Shown here one piece after another: positions 1 to 9,693 of a stretch of 64,000 nucleotides of DNA. Numbering within the stretch: position 1 is the stretch's first letter; each line of letters begins with the position of its first letter. The notes beneath the pieces are model-generated. The model did no database searches and was not told the origin of the DNA. It saw nothing but the letters and a program-made list of their open reading frames with translations. The stretch lies in NCBI GenBank assembly GCA_902524385.1, contig CABZCZ010000007.1, forward strand, positions 6,091-70,090, written 5' to 3'. The DNA comes from an uncultured Alphaproteobacteria bacterium (GTDB lineage Bacteria > Pseudomonadota > Alphaproteobacteria > HIMB59 > GCA-002718135). Position numbers and translations under genes: made by a program.

Positions 1-1
1 T

Positions 2-205
2 GATAGAAATATTTATACTGGCAGTTTTGGTATCATACATTCGAATGGAGATATGCGTTTTAATATAATGATAAGGACACTACTTAATTTTAAAAATGCT
101 ATTGAATTATCTGTCGCTAGTGGAGTAATATTAGGAAGTACAGCAAAAAAAGAATATAATGAAAACTATATAAAAGCCAAATCTCTATTAGATTTGTTTA
201 ATTAA
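2..205 (+). CDS. pabB: 3' end of aminodeoxychorismate/anthranilate synthase component I (chorismate-binding domain); the 5' part is outside the window
   Basis: Own frame-2 translation gives DRNIYTGSFGIIHSNGDMRFNIMIRT...SLLDLFN*. This matches the conserved C-terminal G-x-Y-x-G-x-x-G...IRT block of component I enzymes. The TAA at 203-205 overlaps the next ATG by 1 nt. pabA, pabC and folPBK follow. Confidence 0.65.
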   Translation, partial: DRNIYTGSFGIIHSNGDMRFNIMIRTLLNFKNAIELSVASGVILGSTAKKEYNENYIKAKSLLDLFN

Positions 206-762
206 TGATTTATTTAATCGATCACGAAGACTCATTTACATACAATCTTGCTCACTTATTAGATAGTATAGAGCCAACTATCGTATCTAATTACTATGAA
301 ATTAATTATAAAAAACTTCGTAAAGCTTCAACAATAGTTCTTTCACCTGGGCCTGGTGAGCCAAAAGATTATCCCTTAACTTCAGAGGTTTATAAAAAAT
401 ATAAGGGAAAGAAAAAAATTCTCGGTATCTGCCTAGGTTTTCAACACATAGTGCACTCTGAAGGAGGTAAAATAGTTCAACAAAAAAATATCTTACATGG
501 TTATCAAAGTCGTATAAAAATCATAAATGACAAATCAATTTTTAAAAAAAATGCAGATCTCCTTGGTGGTAGATATCATTCACTTAAATTAGAAGAGCCA
601 TTTATTTCAAAATCAATGACAATAACAATGCGTTGTGCAAAAACAAACGTGGCAATGGCAATTGAAGATGATATTAATAAAGTATATGGTTTTCAGTTTC
701 ACCCAGATTCTTTTTTAACTCCAAATGGAAAATATCTTATTAAAAAAATCATATCACGTTAA
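205..762 (+). CDS. pabA: Class I glutamine amidotransferase, aminodeoxychorismate/anthranilate synthase component II
   Basis: Contains the nucleophile elbow GICLGFQ and the FQFHPDS triad motif. It is 185 aa and directly coupled to the component I gene. Confidence 0.85.
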   Translation: MIYLIDHEDSFTYNLAHLLDSIEPTIVSNYYEINYKKLRKASTIVLSPGPGEPKDYPLTSEVYKKYKGKKKILGICLGFQHIVHSEGGKIVQQKNILHGYQSRIKIINDKSIFKKNADLLGGRYHSLKLEEPFISKSMTITMRCAKTNVAMAIEDDINKVYGFQFHPDSFLTPNGKYLIKKIISR

Positions 763-1474
763 AGATTTAAAAAATGTAAAGTTCAATTCTCTTTGGGGAT
801 ATAATGGTGTTTTCACAACCATAAGGATTTCAGGAAATAAACCAAACTTAGTTTTAATAGATCAACATTTAAAAAAACTAAACAAAGATTCAAATTTCTT
901 TGGTATTAGTTTTAAAGTTTCAAAACAATTTCTTATTAATTTTATAAATACTAATTCTAAAATTAAAAACTATGATCACTTATTAAGAGTTGCAGTTACA
1001 AAAAAATTTATTTCTTTATCTTTGCGAAAAAGAAATAAAGAAGAAAAAAATTTTACTGCTCATATCTGTAGGTACCAAAGAACCTTACCTTCTTTTAAAA
1101 ACTTACAATATAAAAAAATACTTTCTTTACAAAAAAAAATTAATTTACAAAAAGAAGAAATTCTTTTTTATAATAGAAGTAAGATTTTAGAGGGGTCGAC
1201 CACAAACTTAATTTTTGTAAAAAATAATCAATTATTTATTCCGAAGAATTCATATTACTTTGGAATAACTTTATCATATTTAACTAAAACAATTCCATAC
1301 AAGATTAAAAAAATAGATATTCTGATATCTAACTTATATGAATACAGTGAAATACTTCTGGTTGGGTCTGGCAAGGGGGTTGTTAGTATTTCTTCTATTG
1401 ATCAATTAAATTGGTATAGATCCTCTGTTAAGATGTACAAGTCTATATTAAAAGAATATTCAAAAGTTTTATAA
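725..1474 (+). CDS. pabC: Class IV aminotransferase-fold protein, probable aminodeoxychorismate lyase
   Basis: Has GVFTTIRI and EGSTTNLIFVKNNQLFIP blocks typical of the ADCL/BCAT fold. It sits between pabA and folP. The start is uncertain because it overlaps pabA by 38 nt. Confidence 0.6.
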   Translation: MENILLKKSYHVKDLKNVKFNSLWGYNGVFTTIRISGNKPNLVLIDQHLKKLNKDSNFFGISFKVSKQFLINFINTNSKIKNYDHLLRVAVTKKFISLSLRKRNKEEKNFTAHICRYQRTLPSFKNLQYKKILSLQKKINLQKEEILFYNRSKILEGSTTNLIFVKNNQLFIPKNSYYFGITLSYLTKTIPYKIKKIDILISNLYEYSEILLVGSGKGVVSISSIDQLNWYRSSVKMYKSILKEYSKVL

Positions 1475-1475
1475 A

Positions 1476-2294
1476 ATGAAATTGGGTGGACATAATTTTA
1501 AATTTAAAAAACCAACAGTTATGGGCATATGTAATGTTACGCCTGACTCTTTTAGTGATGGCGGAAAGAGTTTTAAGACAAAGGATGCCTTAAATAATAT
1601 CAAGAAAATGACAGAAAATGGGGCAGATATTATTGATATTGGAGCAGAAAGTACGAGGCCTGGCTCTGAACCTCTTACCTATAAGGAAGAAGTTAAAAGG
1701 CTGGATCCTATATTAAAAAAATTACCAAAAAACAAATTTGTTATCTCTGTTGATACAAATAAAATTGAGACACAAGAATATGCATTAAGTATGGGTGTTC
1801 ATATAATTAATGATGTGTTTGGTGGTTCTGAGGATTTATTTTATTTATCCAAAAAATTCAAAACAGGTCTAATCTTAATGCACACACCTGCTCCACCTAA
1901 AACAATGCAATCTAAAATTAACTCTTATAAAAATGTAGTACAGGATATTAAAAAAATTTTTTTAAAAAAAATTAAACAATTAGAAAAATTAAGAATACCT
2001 TCAACTAAAGTATGGTTTGATCCAGGAATAGGTTTCGGCAAAAATTTAAATCAAAATATTGAGATCATGCAAAAAATTGAACAGTTTAAGTTTAAAGGTT
2101 ATGGATTACTGTTGGGCTCTTCAAGAAAAAGTTGGATAAATCTAATTGATCAAAGCAATGCTGATGAAAGATTAGGAGGCTCTATTGCTTCGGCTTTATA
2201 TTGCTATCAAAAGGGCGTTGATATATTTAGAGTTCATGATGTTAAAGAAACTTCACAATCATTAAAAATTTTTAAAAAGTTATGTTTAAGGTAG
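1476..2294 (+). CDS. folP: Dihydropteroate synthase
   Basis: Carries the motifs GICNVTPDSFSDGG, DIGAESTRPG and DPGIGFGK. Confidence 0.93.
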   Translation: MKLGGHNFKFKKPTVMGICNVTPDSFSDGGKSFKTKDALNNIKKMTENGADIIDIGAESTRPGSEPLTYKEEVKRLDPILKKLPKNKFVISVDTNKIETQEYALSMGVHIINDVFGGSEDLFYLSKKFKTGLILMHTPAPPKTMQSKINSYKNVVQDIKKIFLKKIKQLEKLRIPSTKVWFDPGIGFGKNLNQNIEIMQKIEQFKFKGYGLLLGSSRKSWINLIDQSNADERLGGSIASALYCYQKGVDIFRVHDVKETSQSLKIFKKLCLR

Positions 2295-2626
2295 AAATAA
2301 AAAACTTATCAATTAGTGCAAATTTAGGTATCACAGAACTTGAAAGAAAAAAAAAGCAACTTCTCAAAGTTACTCTATCCTTTGACTATAAAGTAAAAGA
2401 TTCTTTAAGTTTAAATAATATCAATAACGTTAAAGATTATTCTGCCATTACAAAATTTCTTAAGACATATATTACAGAATCAAAGTCACACACTCTTGAA
2501 CATTTAATTTCAAAAACATCAAAGTCACTTGAAAAAAAATTTAAAATCAAAAATATAAAAATAAAGATAAATAAAACAGCTGTTGCCAAAAAATATAAAG
2601 CAGAATCAGTAAGTGTTTCAAACTGA
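2282..2626 (+). CDS. folB: Dihydroneopterin aldolase
   Basis: It is 114 aa with LGITELERKKKQ..KVTLSF near the N-terminus. It sits between folP and folK and overlaps both. Confidence 0.75.
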   Translation: MFKVEIKNLSISANLGITELERKKKQLLKVTLSFDYKVKDSLSLNNINNVKDYSAITKFLKTYITESKSHTLEHLISKTSKSLEKKFKIKNIKIKINKTAVAKKYKAESVSVSN

Positions 2627-3113
2627 AACTATCATAGCTCTTGGGTCAAATGTAGGTAATTCAATACTTAATTTACGTAGTGCAGTAAGAGAGTTAAATA
2701 AAATTGGCCATATAAGTAAGTTTGCTAATATTTATATTTCTGCACCATATGGGTATAAATATCAGTCAAATTTTTTTAATACTGCAATTATTTTAAAAAC
2801 AAATCAACAGCCTCTTCAATTAATTAATTCTATTCAGAAAATTGAAAGAAAATTAAAAAAAAATAAAAGAATAGTTAATGGACCAAGAAATATTGACATT
2901 GATATAATTTTTTTTGGAAATAGTAAGTATCATTACAACAATCTAATTATTCCGCATCCAAGAGCCAAAGAAAGAGATTTTGTTTTATATCCTATATTAG
3001 ACATTAAACCCTTTCTTCTCCATCCGGTTGAAAAAAAAACTATTAATCAATTATCTAAAGAATTAACAAATAAATATATTATTAAAAAATTATCCTATAG
3101 AAATTTGATTTAA
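2613..3113 (+). CDS. folK: 2-amino-4-hydroxy-6-hydroxymethyldihydropteridine pyrophosphokinase (HPPK)
   Basis: Carries ALGSNVG, PRNIDIDIIFFG and IPHPRAKERDFVLYP. It has a GTG start in the ORF track. Confidence 0.88.
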   Translation: MFQTETIIALGSNVGNSILNLRSAVRELNKIGHISKFANIYISAPYGYKYQSNFFNTAIILKTNQQPLQLINSIQKIERKLKKNKRIVNGPRNIDIDIIFFGNSKYHYNNLIIPHPRAKERDFVLYPILDIKPFLLHPVEKKTINQLSKELTNKYIIKKLSYRNLI

Positions 3114-3740
3114 CAAATCTTTAAGCTTTTCCTGAGATATTAAGTTACGTTTATTTTTTAAACCTCTTGAAATATCCAAACCAAAAGGTGAAGTTTGTTT
3201 AAGAATATTCGAAACATTTTTCTTATCTATACCACCACCAATATAAACAGGAATATTTTTATTTTTAATAAATTCTATTTGTTTAATACTTTTTTTCAAT
3301 GAGTATTTTTTAATGCTTTTTTTTCTATAAACATTCATATCAAAATAAACCACATCAACAATTTTTTTAATTGACTCAATATAATTTTTATTAAAATTTT
3401 CAGGATTAATAGCAATACCAATTTTTAATCTTTTAAATATATTTTTTATTCTTAATAAGTCCTTTTTTGAAAAATGATATGAACATGAAATTGTCTTTGG
3501 TTTTGTGAAATCAATTTGTTCAATTATTTTATCTAGTGATACATAACGAGTCAAAAGAACTGATTCTATTTTATAATTTTTACATTCTTTAATTAATGAT
3601 TGAATTTTTTTATCACTAGCTGTGTTTGGTCCATTTAAACTTTTACTTGCAAAACCTAATGATTTTATTTTATTTTTATATGCAACTTCAACTGATTTTA
3701 TATTTGTTATGCCACAAATCTTTAGGGGTATTTTTTTCAT
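3090..3740 (-). CDS. trpF: Divergent phosphoribosylanthranilate isomerase (PRAI/TrpF)-like TIM-barrel protein
   Basis: Has an N-terminal KICGIT and a C-terminal IGGGI...PFGLDISRGLK phosphate-binding block. The rest is poorly conserved. Its 3' end overlaps the folK 3' end by 24 nt. Confidence 0.55.
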   Translation of the reverse strand: MKKIPLKICGITNIKSVEVAYKNKIKSLGFASKSLNGPNTASDKKIQSLIKECKNYKIESVLLTRYVSLDKIIEQIDFTKPKTISCSYHFSKKDLLRIKNIFKRLKIGIAINPENFNKNYIESIKKIVDVVYFDMNVYRKKSIKKYSLKKSIKQIEFIKNKNIPVYIGGGIDKKNVSNILKQTSPFGLDISRGLKNKRNLISQEKLKDLLNQISIG

Positions 3741-3792
3741 TAAATTTTATTTTTAAATATTATAAATATATGTAAACTATTTTTTTTTATAT

Positions 3793-5229
3793 ATGTCATT
3801 AAAATTTTATAGAAGAGTAGCGTTTGGTTTATCACTAAATGAGAAACCAGATAAAGATCCTCTTAATTGGGCATTAAATCAACTAGATACTATACCCAAT
3901 CTCTTATGGCCTGGAATAATTCCAACAGAAAAAGAATTAAGAAAAAAATATGGAGAGTGGGTATACGGAGACAGAGAAGTCTTAAGAAAAAAATTTAAAA
4001 ATGACAAACATGCCTATAGAAAAGCAAAAGATGAATTAAGAATCAAAACTGGCGAAAGGTATTTTGAATTAAATGAACATGCTATTCGTCATTATCAAAC
4101 TAAATATTCCAAACAGCCTGTTTTTGAGCGTTTTTGGCTTTTTTGGGGAAATCACTTTGCAATAAGTGAAAAAGATTTTTTGGCAGAGTTTAGCACTGGG
4201 CCTTATCAACGTGAAATTATTAGACCTAATATGGTTAAAACTTTTGAAGAGATGGTGCAGTCGGTTACTACTTCATGGTGCATGATTCACCATCTTGATA
4301 ACTCAGAATCTTTTGGTCCCAATTCTAAAAAAGGAATAGAGTGGCGAGAAACTATAAACGAAAATCATGCAAGAGAACTACTAGAATTACATACTGTTTC
4401 ACCAAATGCTGGATACACTCAGGATGATGTTATTCAGTTAGCCTATATTATGACAGGTTGGGCACACAAATGGGATAGAAAAAATTTAGAGACAGGAGAC
4501 ATATGGTTTGATCAAGAAATGCATCAAAAAGGAGACAAAATAGTTTTAGGAGTTAAATATAAAAATGATGCAAAAAGAGAACTTACAAAAGTAATTCATG
4601 ATTTAGCAACACACCCAATCTGTATCAAATTTGTTTCAACAAAATTATGTAGGCATTTTATTACAGATGAACCAACTGAAGATATGATTAACCCAGTAAT
4701 AGAAGCATGGAACAAATCCAATGGAAGTCTAATTGAAATTCACAAAGCAGTTATTACGCAAGCTTACAAACATAATGAGAGTACACATAAATTTCATCCA
4801 CCAGAAATATGGTTGATGCAACTATCTAGAATGTTTGATTTAAATATTCCTCTTTCTTCTGAAAAAATGAATTATTCTTTCAGTTCAAAGCCAAATAGAA
4901 GACAAAGACAACTATCATGGATACTTAGAGAAATTGGTCATTCACCTTATCGTGCAAAACAACCAAATGGTTGGAGTGATTTTGAGGCAGATTGGGTATC
5001 ACCAGAATTATTATTACGTCGCTTTTGGTTCTCTTCCGTTGAGCTTCCAATACTTGTTAAATCTGGAAACAGATCCCATGATTTTATTTTAGCTTGTCTT
5101 AAAAATAATTTTGAAGATCATGAAAATATGGCATCACTTATTGAAAATTTTAGGTTTGGCACTTTGGATTATGATTTAGGTCAAAAGTATGGAGTCATTT
5201 GTAATTTACCTGGAGTATTGAAAGCATGA
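3793..5229 (+). CDS. DUF1800 family protein
   Basis: It is about 480 aa with a WGNHFAIS block. It is translationally coupled (ATGA) to a DUF1501 protein, the usual partner. The family call is from memory. Confidence 0.7.
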   Translation: MSLKFYRRVAFGLSLNEKPDKDPLNWALNQLDTIPNLLWPGIIPTEKELRKKYGEWVYGDREVLRKKFKNDKHAYRKAKDELRIKTGERYFELNEHAIRHYQTKYSKQPVFERFWLFWGNHFAISEKDFLAEFSTGPYQREIIRPNMVKTFEEMVQSVTTSWCMIHHLDNSESFGPNSKKGIEWRETINENHARELLELHTVSPNAGYTQDDVIQLAYIMTGWAHKWDRKNLETGDIWFDQEMHQKGDKIVLGVKYKNDAKRELTKVIHDLATHPICIKFVSTKLCRHFITDEPTEDMINPVIEAWNKSNGSLIEIHKAVITQAYKHNESTHKFHPPEIWLMQLSRMFDLNIPLSSEKMNYSFSSKPNRRQRQLSWILREIGHSPYRAKQPNGWSDFEADWVSPELLLRRFWFSSVELPILVKSGNRSHDFILACLKNNFEDHENMASLIENFRFGTLDYDLGQKYGVICNLPGVLKA

Positions 5230-6377
5230 ACTGCACAAGAAGAAATTTTTTAATTGGAGGATCAACAACACTATTTCTTTCAGGATATTTTCCAAAAATT
5301 AGTTTTGCTTCAATGCAGAAAAAAAATCTTATTATTATATCACTTCGTGGAGGGATGGATGGTTTAACAGCTGTTCCTGTTATTGGAGATAAACGTCTAA
5401 AAAAATTAAGAAAAAAACTTATTTTGGAAGATGTTCTTAATTTAAATAGTGATTTTGGTCTTCACCCTAAATTAGAAATTTTTCATAAGCTCTGGCAAAC
5501 TAATCAAGCAGCATTTGTACATGCAACCAATATTCCCTACACAGGTAGATCTCATTTTGATGGTCAAAACTTAATGGAAACTGGAGCTCACATTCCATAC
5601 AAAGAAAAAACAGGATGGCTTGGTAGGGGATTATTAGCTTCAAATATTATAGGAAAAGGTTTGGCTATATCATTACCAATGCCACTTTTATTAAGAGGTG
5701 TGCCACAAAATAATAATTTTTTTCCATCACCAGATTTTGTTGAAACGAATTTAATAGATCAAATTTATAATGAATTTAACGGTGAGCATAATGAGCTAAT
5801 TAAATCGACGCTTGATACAATTAGACAAAGACCATTGTCCATGCAAATAGCTACTGACTCTGATGATAGAAAAAAACTTGCTCTTGAAGCTGCCAAACAA
5901 TTAAAAGATCAAAGTGGTCCTAGAGTCGCTGTATTTGATTTAGATGGTTTTGATACCCATGCTGCTCAAGGCGGTGTTGATGGAGCTCATGCCGATGAAC
6001 TTGAAGAGGTAAATAAAATTGTTACAATTTTGCATGAAAATCTGGGCCAAGCGTTTGATAATACTCTAATTTTAACTTTGACAGAATTTGGCCGAACTAT
6101 AAAACAAAATGGAGGCTATGGCACTGAACATGGATATGGAAGTGCAATACTAATGGCTGGTGGCTTACTAAAAAAATCCCAAATTTATACAGATTGGCCA
6201 GGATTGAAAAAGAAAGAATTATTTGAAGGAAGAGATCTAAACTCTACAATTGACTCAAGAGCCATTTATAATTCAGCAATGTCTGTTTGTTTTAATCAAG
6301 ATCCAGAATTTTTGCGTAAAGAAGTTTTTTGGGGAGATGAACTTCCTGATTTGTCTCAAGAATTGTTTAAGATTTAG
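5226..6377 (+). CDS. DUF1501 family protein (alkaline phosphatase/sulfatase-like fold) with a Tat-type signal
   Basis: The N-terminus is TRRNFLIGGSTTLFLSG. It also has GFDTHA and LTEFGRT blocks. Confidence 0.7.
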   Translation: MNCTRRNFLIGGSTTLFLSGYFPKISFASMQKKNLIIISLRGGMDGLTAVPVIGDKRLKKLRKKLILEDVLNLNSDFGLHPKLEIFHKLWQTNQAAFVHATNIPYTGRSHFDGQNLMETGAHIPYKEKTGWLGRGLLASNIIGKGLAISLPMPLLLRGVPQNNNFFPSPDFVETNLIDQIYNEFNGEHNELIKSTLDTIRQRPLSMQIATDSDDRKKLALEAAKQLKDQSGPRVAVFDLDGFDTHAAQGGVDGAHADELEEVNKIVTILHENLGQAFDNTLILTLTEFGRTIKQNGGYGTEHGYGSAILMAGGLLKKSQIYTDWPGLKKKELFEGRDLNSTIDSRAIYNSAMSVCFNQDPEFLRKEVFWGDELPDLSQELFKI

Positions 6378-6403
6378 AAATAAATAATTTTTTTAGTAAT
6401 TTC

Positions 6404-6820
6404 ATGTTAAAAAAGAATATGGTTTCAGAAAATTTTGATAGTCTATTTGAGGCTGCAAAAAAAGTTAGAGAGCAAGCTCATGTTCCTTATTCACATTTTA
6501 AAGTAGGCGCAGCTTTTCTTACTGAAGATAACCAAATTATTTCAGGGTGTAATGTAGAAAATGCGGCATACCCACAATCACAGTGTGCCGAAGCAACTGC
6601 AATTGGCAATATGATATCTAATGGAAGTAAAAAAATTTTAGAAGTCGTGGTTATTGGTTCTGGAGATTTATTATGTTCACCTTGTGGAGGATGTAGACAG
6701 CGATTAAGAGAATTTGCATCATTAGATACTAAAATCCATATGTGTAGTGAAAAAGGGCATATGAAAACTTCAACTCTTGAAGAATTACTTCCAGATTCTT
6801 TTGGTCCAGAAAATCTTTAA
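6404..6820 (+). CDS. cdd: Cytidine deaminase
   Basis: Carries the zinc motifs CAEATAIG and PCGGCRQRL. It is 138 aa. Confidence 0.9.
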   Translation: MLKKNMVSENFDSLFEAAKKVREQAHVPYSHFKVGAAFLTEDNQIISGCNVENAAYPQSQCAEATAIGNMISNGSKKILEVVVIGSGDLLCSPCGGCRQRLREFASLDTKIHMCSEKGHMKTSTLEELLPDSFGPENL

Positions 6821-7650
6821 TGTTTCCATCATCTAAAAAATTTTTAGAAATAACAAATAATAATTCACCCGACGTAGCTATAATTTTAGGAAGTGGTTTA
6901 ACAAATTTTTTTGATGATCAAGATATTATAGAGTCAGTATCATATGAGGAATTAGAAGATTTTCCTCAACCAACTGTAAAAGGACACGCTGGAAAGTTAG
7001 TTTTAGGAAAAATTAATAATTTAAATGTCGTTTGCATGTATGGTAGATCACATATTTATGAAGGACATAATCCACAAAGTTTAGCAGCCCCAATACGTGT
7101 TTTAAAAGATATTGGATCTAAACTTCTAATTGTAACTAATGCTGCTGGAAGTCTTGATGAGAATATGCCAGCAGGTAGTTTAATGGCAATTAAGGATCAT
7201 ATCAATTGGAGTGGCTTTAATCCACTTATTGGTGCCAATGCAGAAAGTTACGGCCCACGCTTTCATGATATGAGTGATGGATACCATAAATTTTATAGAG
7301 AACAATTAATTGATATAGCTAAAAAAACGAATCAAAAATTATACGAAGGAATTTATTGCATGTATTCAGGCCCTAACTTTGAAACTCCAGCTGAAATCAA
7401 TGCCTTAAAAGTAATTGGTGGAAATGCTGTTGGAATGTCAACAGTGCCAGAAGTATTAGTTGCAAATCATTGTAGCCTACCTGTGATTGGAATAAGTGTA
7501 ATTACAAACTTAGCTTCAGGAATGAATAAAACAAAACTGAGTCATCAAGAAACTTTAGAAAACGCAAGCTTAGCAGAGAACAATGTATTAAATTTAATTA
7601 AACAGTTTATACGCGAAGTTCAATTCGATGATTCCTCAAGAAATAATTAG
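6820..7650 (+). CDS. Purine nucleoside phosphorylase (trimeric PNP/MTAP family)
   Basis: Carries HAGKLVLG, GRSHIYEG, TNAAGSL, GPNFETPAE and GMSTVPE. Confidence 0.88.
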   Translation: MFPSSKKFLEITNNNSPDVAIILGSGLTNFFDDQDIIESVSYEELEDFPQPTVKGHAGKLVLGKINNLNVVCMYGRSHIYEGHNPQSLAAPIRVLKDIGSKLLIVTNAAGSLDENMPAGSLMAIKDHINWSGFNPLIGANAESYGPRFHDMSDGYHKFYREQLIDIAKKTNQKLYEGIYCMYSGPNFETPAEINALKVIGGNAVGMSTVPEVLVANHCSLPVIGISVITNLASGMNKTKLSHQETLENASLAENNVLNLIKQFIREVQFDDSSRNN

Positions 7651-8941
7651 AAAAAAAAGAGATAAAAAATCTCTATCAAAAGAAGAAATTAATGAATTTG
7701 TAAAGGGTTTAACAGACGGATCTTTTTCTGATCCTCAAATTGCTGCAATGAGTATGGCCATATTTTCGAATGGCATGATTCCAGAAGAGACAGTTTATTT
7801 AACCGAAGCAATGACAAATTCAGGTGATACAATAAATTGGTCAGACACGGTTGATAGTGAACTTGTTTGTGATAAACATTCAACTGGTGGAGTTGGTGAC
7901 AAAACTAGTATTGTATTAGCACCAATATTAGCTGCATGCGGTTTATATGTTCCTATGATTTCTGGAAGAGGACTAGGTCATACAGGCGGAACATTAGATA
8001 AATTTGATTCAATCCCAGGTTATAATACACAACCTAATTTAGATATGTTTAAGAAAGTAGTTAAAGAAGTTGGTTGTGCCATAATTGGTCAAACATCAAA
8101 CTTAGCACCTGCTGATAAAAAACTTTACTCCATAAGAGATATTGTTGGAACAGTGGAATCATTACCATTAATTACTTCCTCCATTTTATCTAAGAAAATT
8201 GCCTCTGGGCTGAAGTCACTTATTCTCGATGTAAAAGTTGGGAACGGATCTTTTAATAGTACTATAGAAATATCAAGAGAATTATCACAATCTTTAGTTA
8301 GTGTTGCAAAGGGAGCCGGGCTTAAATGCGAAGCTATAATTACAGATATGAATCAAGTCTTAGGAAAAAGTGCAGGTCATACTTTAGAAATGTTAGAGTG
8401 TATAAAGTATTTAAAAAATGAAATTAAAGATTATCGCTTAGAAAAAATCACGAATGAATTAATCTCTTCACTTTTAATGACGGTCCATAAAATTTCTAAA
8501 GAAGATGCTCTTAAAAAAATTGAAGAGGTTCTTTCAAATGGAGCAGCAGCAGAAAAATTTGAAAAGATGACTTCAGCTTTGGGAGGACCAAAAAATATTT
8601 TATCAACTTACGAAACAGATTTGAATAATGAGTCAACAGCTAGAGATATTTTTTCTGATAAAGAAGGTTGGATCGAAAAAATTCATACAAGAGAATTAGG
8701 TTTAATTTTAATAGAGCTTGGCGGTGGACGTAAACAAGTTTCTGATAAAATAAATTATGGTGTAGGATATGATAGTGTTATTTCTGTTGGTGAAAAAATT
8801 GATAGCATGAAACCATTATTGCAATTACACTCAAACCCAGAAGATGATTCAAAAGAATTGGAAGAAAGAATAAAAGATTGTTTTATAATTTCAGATAAAG
8901 AAATAAAAAAATTACCACAAGTTTATGAGTACATTAATTAA
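7628..8941 (+). CDS. deoA: Thymidine/pyrimidine-nucleoside phosphorylase
   Basis: Carries DKHSTGGVGDK, SGRGLGHTGGTLDK and LYSIRD. It is 437 aa. Confidence 0.92.
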   Translation: MIPQEIIRKKRDKKSLSKEEINEFVKGLTDGSFSDPQIAAMSMAIFSNGMIPEETVYLTEAMTNSGDTINWSDTVDSELVCDKHSTGGVGDKTSIVLAPILAACGLYVPMISGRGLGHTGGTLDKFDSIPGYNTQPNLDMFKKVVKEVGCAIIGQTSNLAPADKKLYSIRDIVGTVESLPLITSSILSKKIASGLKSLILDVKVGNGSFNSTIEISRELSQSLVSVAKGAGLKCEAIITDMNQVLGKSAGHTLEMLECIKYLKNEIKDYRLEKITNELISSLLMTVHKISKEDALKKIEEVLSNGAAAEKFEKMTSALGGPKNILSTYETDLNNESTARDIFSDKEGWIEKIHTRELGLILIELGGGRKQVSDKINYGVGYDSVISVGEKIDSMKPLLQLHSNPEDDSKELEERIKDCFIISDKEIKKLPQVYEYIN

Positions 8942-9597
8942 TGAGTACACAAACCAAAATAGATGAAAGCTTAGTAAAATATCTACAAAACGTAGGTTAT
9001 AGAAAAGATAAAATAATTGACGATCTGGCAGATGAAACATCTAAGCTTGGCAGTGTATCTCAAATGCAAATTGCAAAAGAACAAGGTCAGTTTTTAGAAA
9101 TAATCACAAAATTATCGAAAGCAAAATCTTGTCTAGAAGTTGGAAGATTTACTGGCATGAGCACTTTATTTATTGCAAGAGGTCTGTCAGCAGAAGGAAA
9201 AATTATAACAATTGATAATTCAGACAAATTTCTATCATTAGCTAAAAAATATTGGGATCTAGATAATATGAGTTCAAAAATCGAATCTATTATCGGTGAT
9301 GGGGTTGAAATAATGCAAAGTATGATAGACCGTCAACATTCTTATGATTTTATCTTCATAGATGCTGATAAAAATAATTATCCTAATTATTATGAATTAT
9401 CTTTAAGCCTTGTTCCATCAAATGGCATTATAATTATTGATAACATGCTTTGGCATGGTGATGTAGCTGATGAGAAAAAAAATGATTCTCAAACAAATAC
9501 TATAAGAGATTTAAATACAAAAATCCAAAATGATACTCGTGTAGACTTTTCTCTTTTACCGTTATCAGATGGCTTATCCTTTATAAGAAAAAAATAA
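8941..9597 (+). CDS. Class I SAM-dependent O-methyltransferase (family 3, caffeoyl-CoA OMT-like)
   Basis: Has LEVGRFTGMST (motif I) and FIFIDADKNNY. It is 218 aa. Confidence 0.8.
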   Translation: MSTQTKIDESLVKYLQNVGYRKDKIIDDLADETSKLGSVSQMQIAKEQGQFLEIITKLSKAKSCLEVGRFTGMSTLFIARGLSAEGKIITIDNSDKFLSLAKKYWDLDNMSSKIESIIGDGVEIMQSMIDRQHSYDFIFIDADKNNYPNYYELSLSLVPSNGIIIIDNMLWHGDVADEKKNDSQTNTIRDLNTKIQNDTRVDFSLLPLSDGLSFIRKK

Positions 9598-9604
9598 TTA
9601 CATA

Positions 9605-9632
9605 CTTGAATTAATTATAATCATCCCCACAT
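9605..9632 (+). promoter_or_regulatory. Sigma-32 (RpoH)-type heat-shock promoter
   Basis: CTTGAA (9605-9610), a 14-nt spacer, then CCCCACAT (9625-9632). The consensus is CTTGAA-N13-15-CCCCATNT. It lies directly upstream of the Hsp20 gene. Confidence 0.7.
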
Positions 9633-9693
9633 TATAAATGTCAGTATGCCATTGTGGGTGCCGACATTAATACTTGCTTATAAAGGAGTTATT

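Noticed and set aside
990-1190. 66-aa plus-strand ORF in an alternative frame within pabC
   Set aside because: It is a lysine-rich, low-complexity artefact of an A-rich coding region. The pabC frame carries the class IV aminotransferase motifs.
9646-9693. Upstream ATG giving a 161-aa Hsp20
   Set aside because: It has no SD and would start almost at the predicted sigma-32 transcription start. It would add a hydrophobic extension atypical for sHSPs. The ATG at 9694 has AAGGAG upstream.
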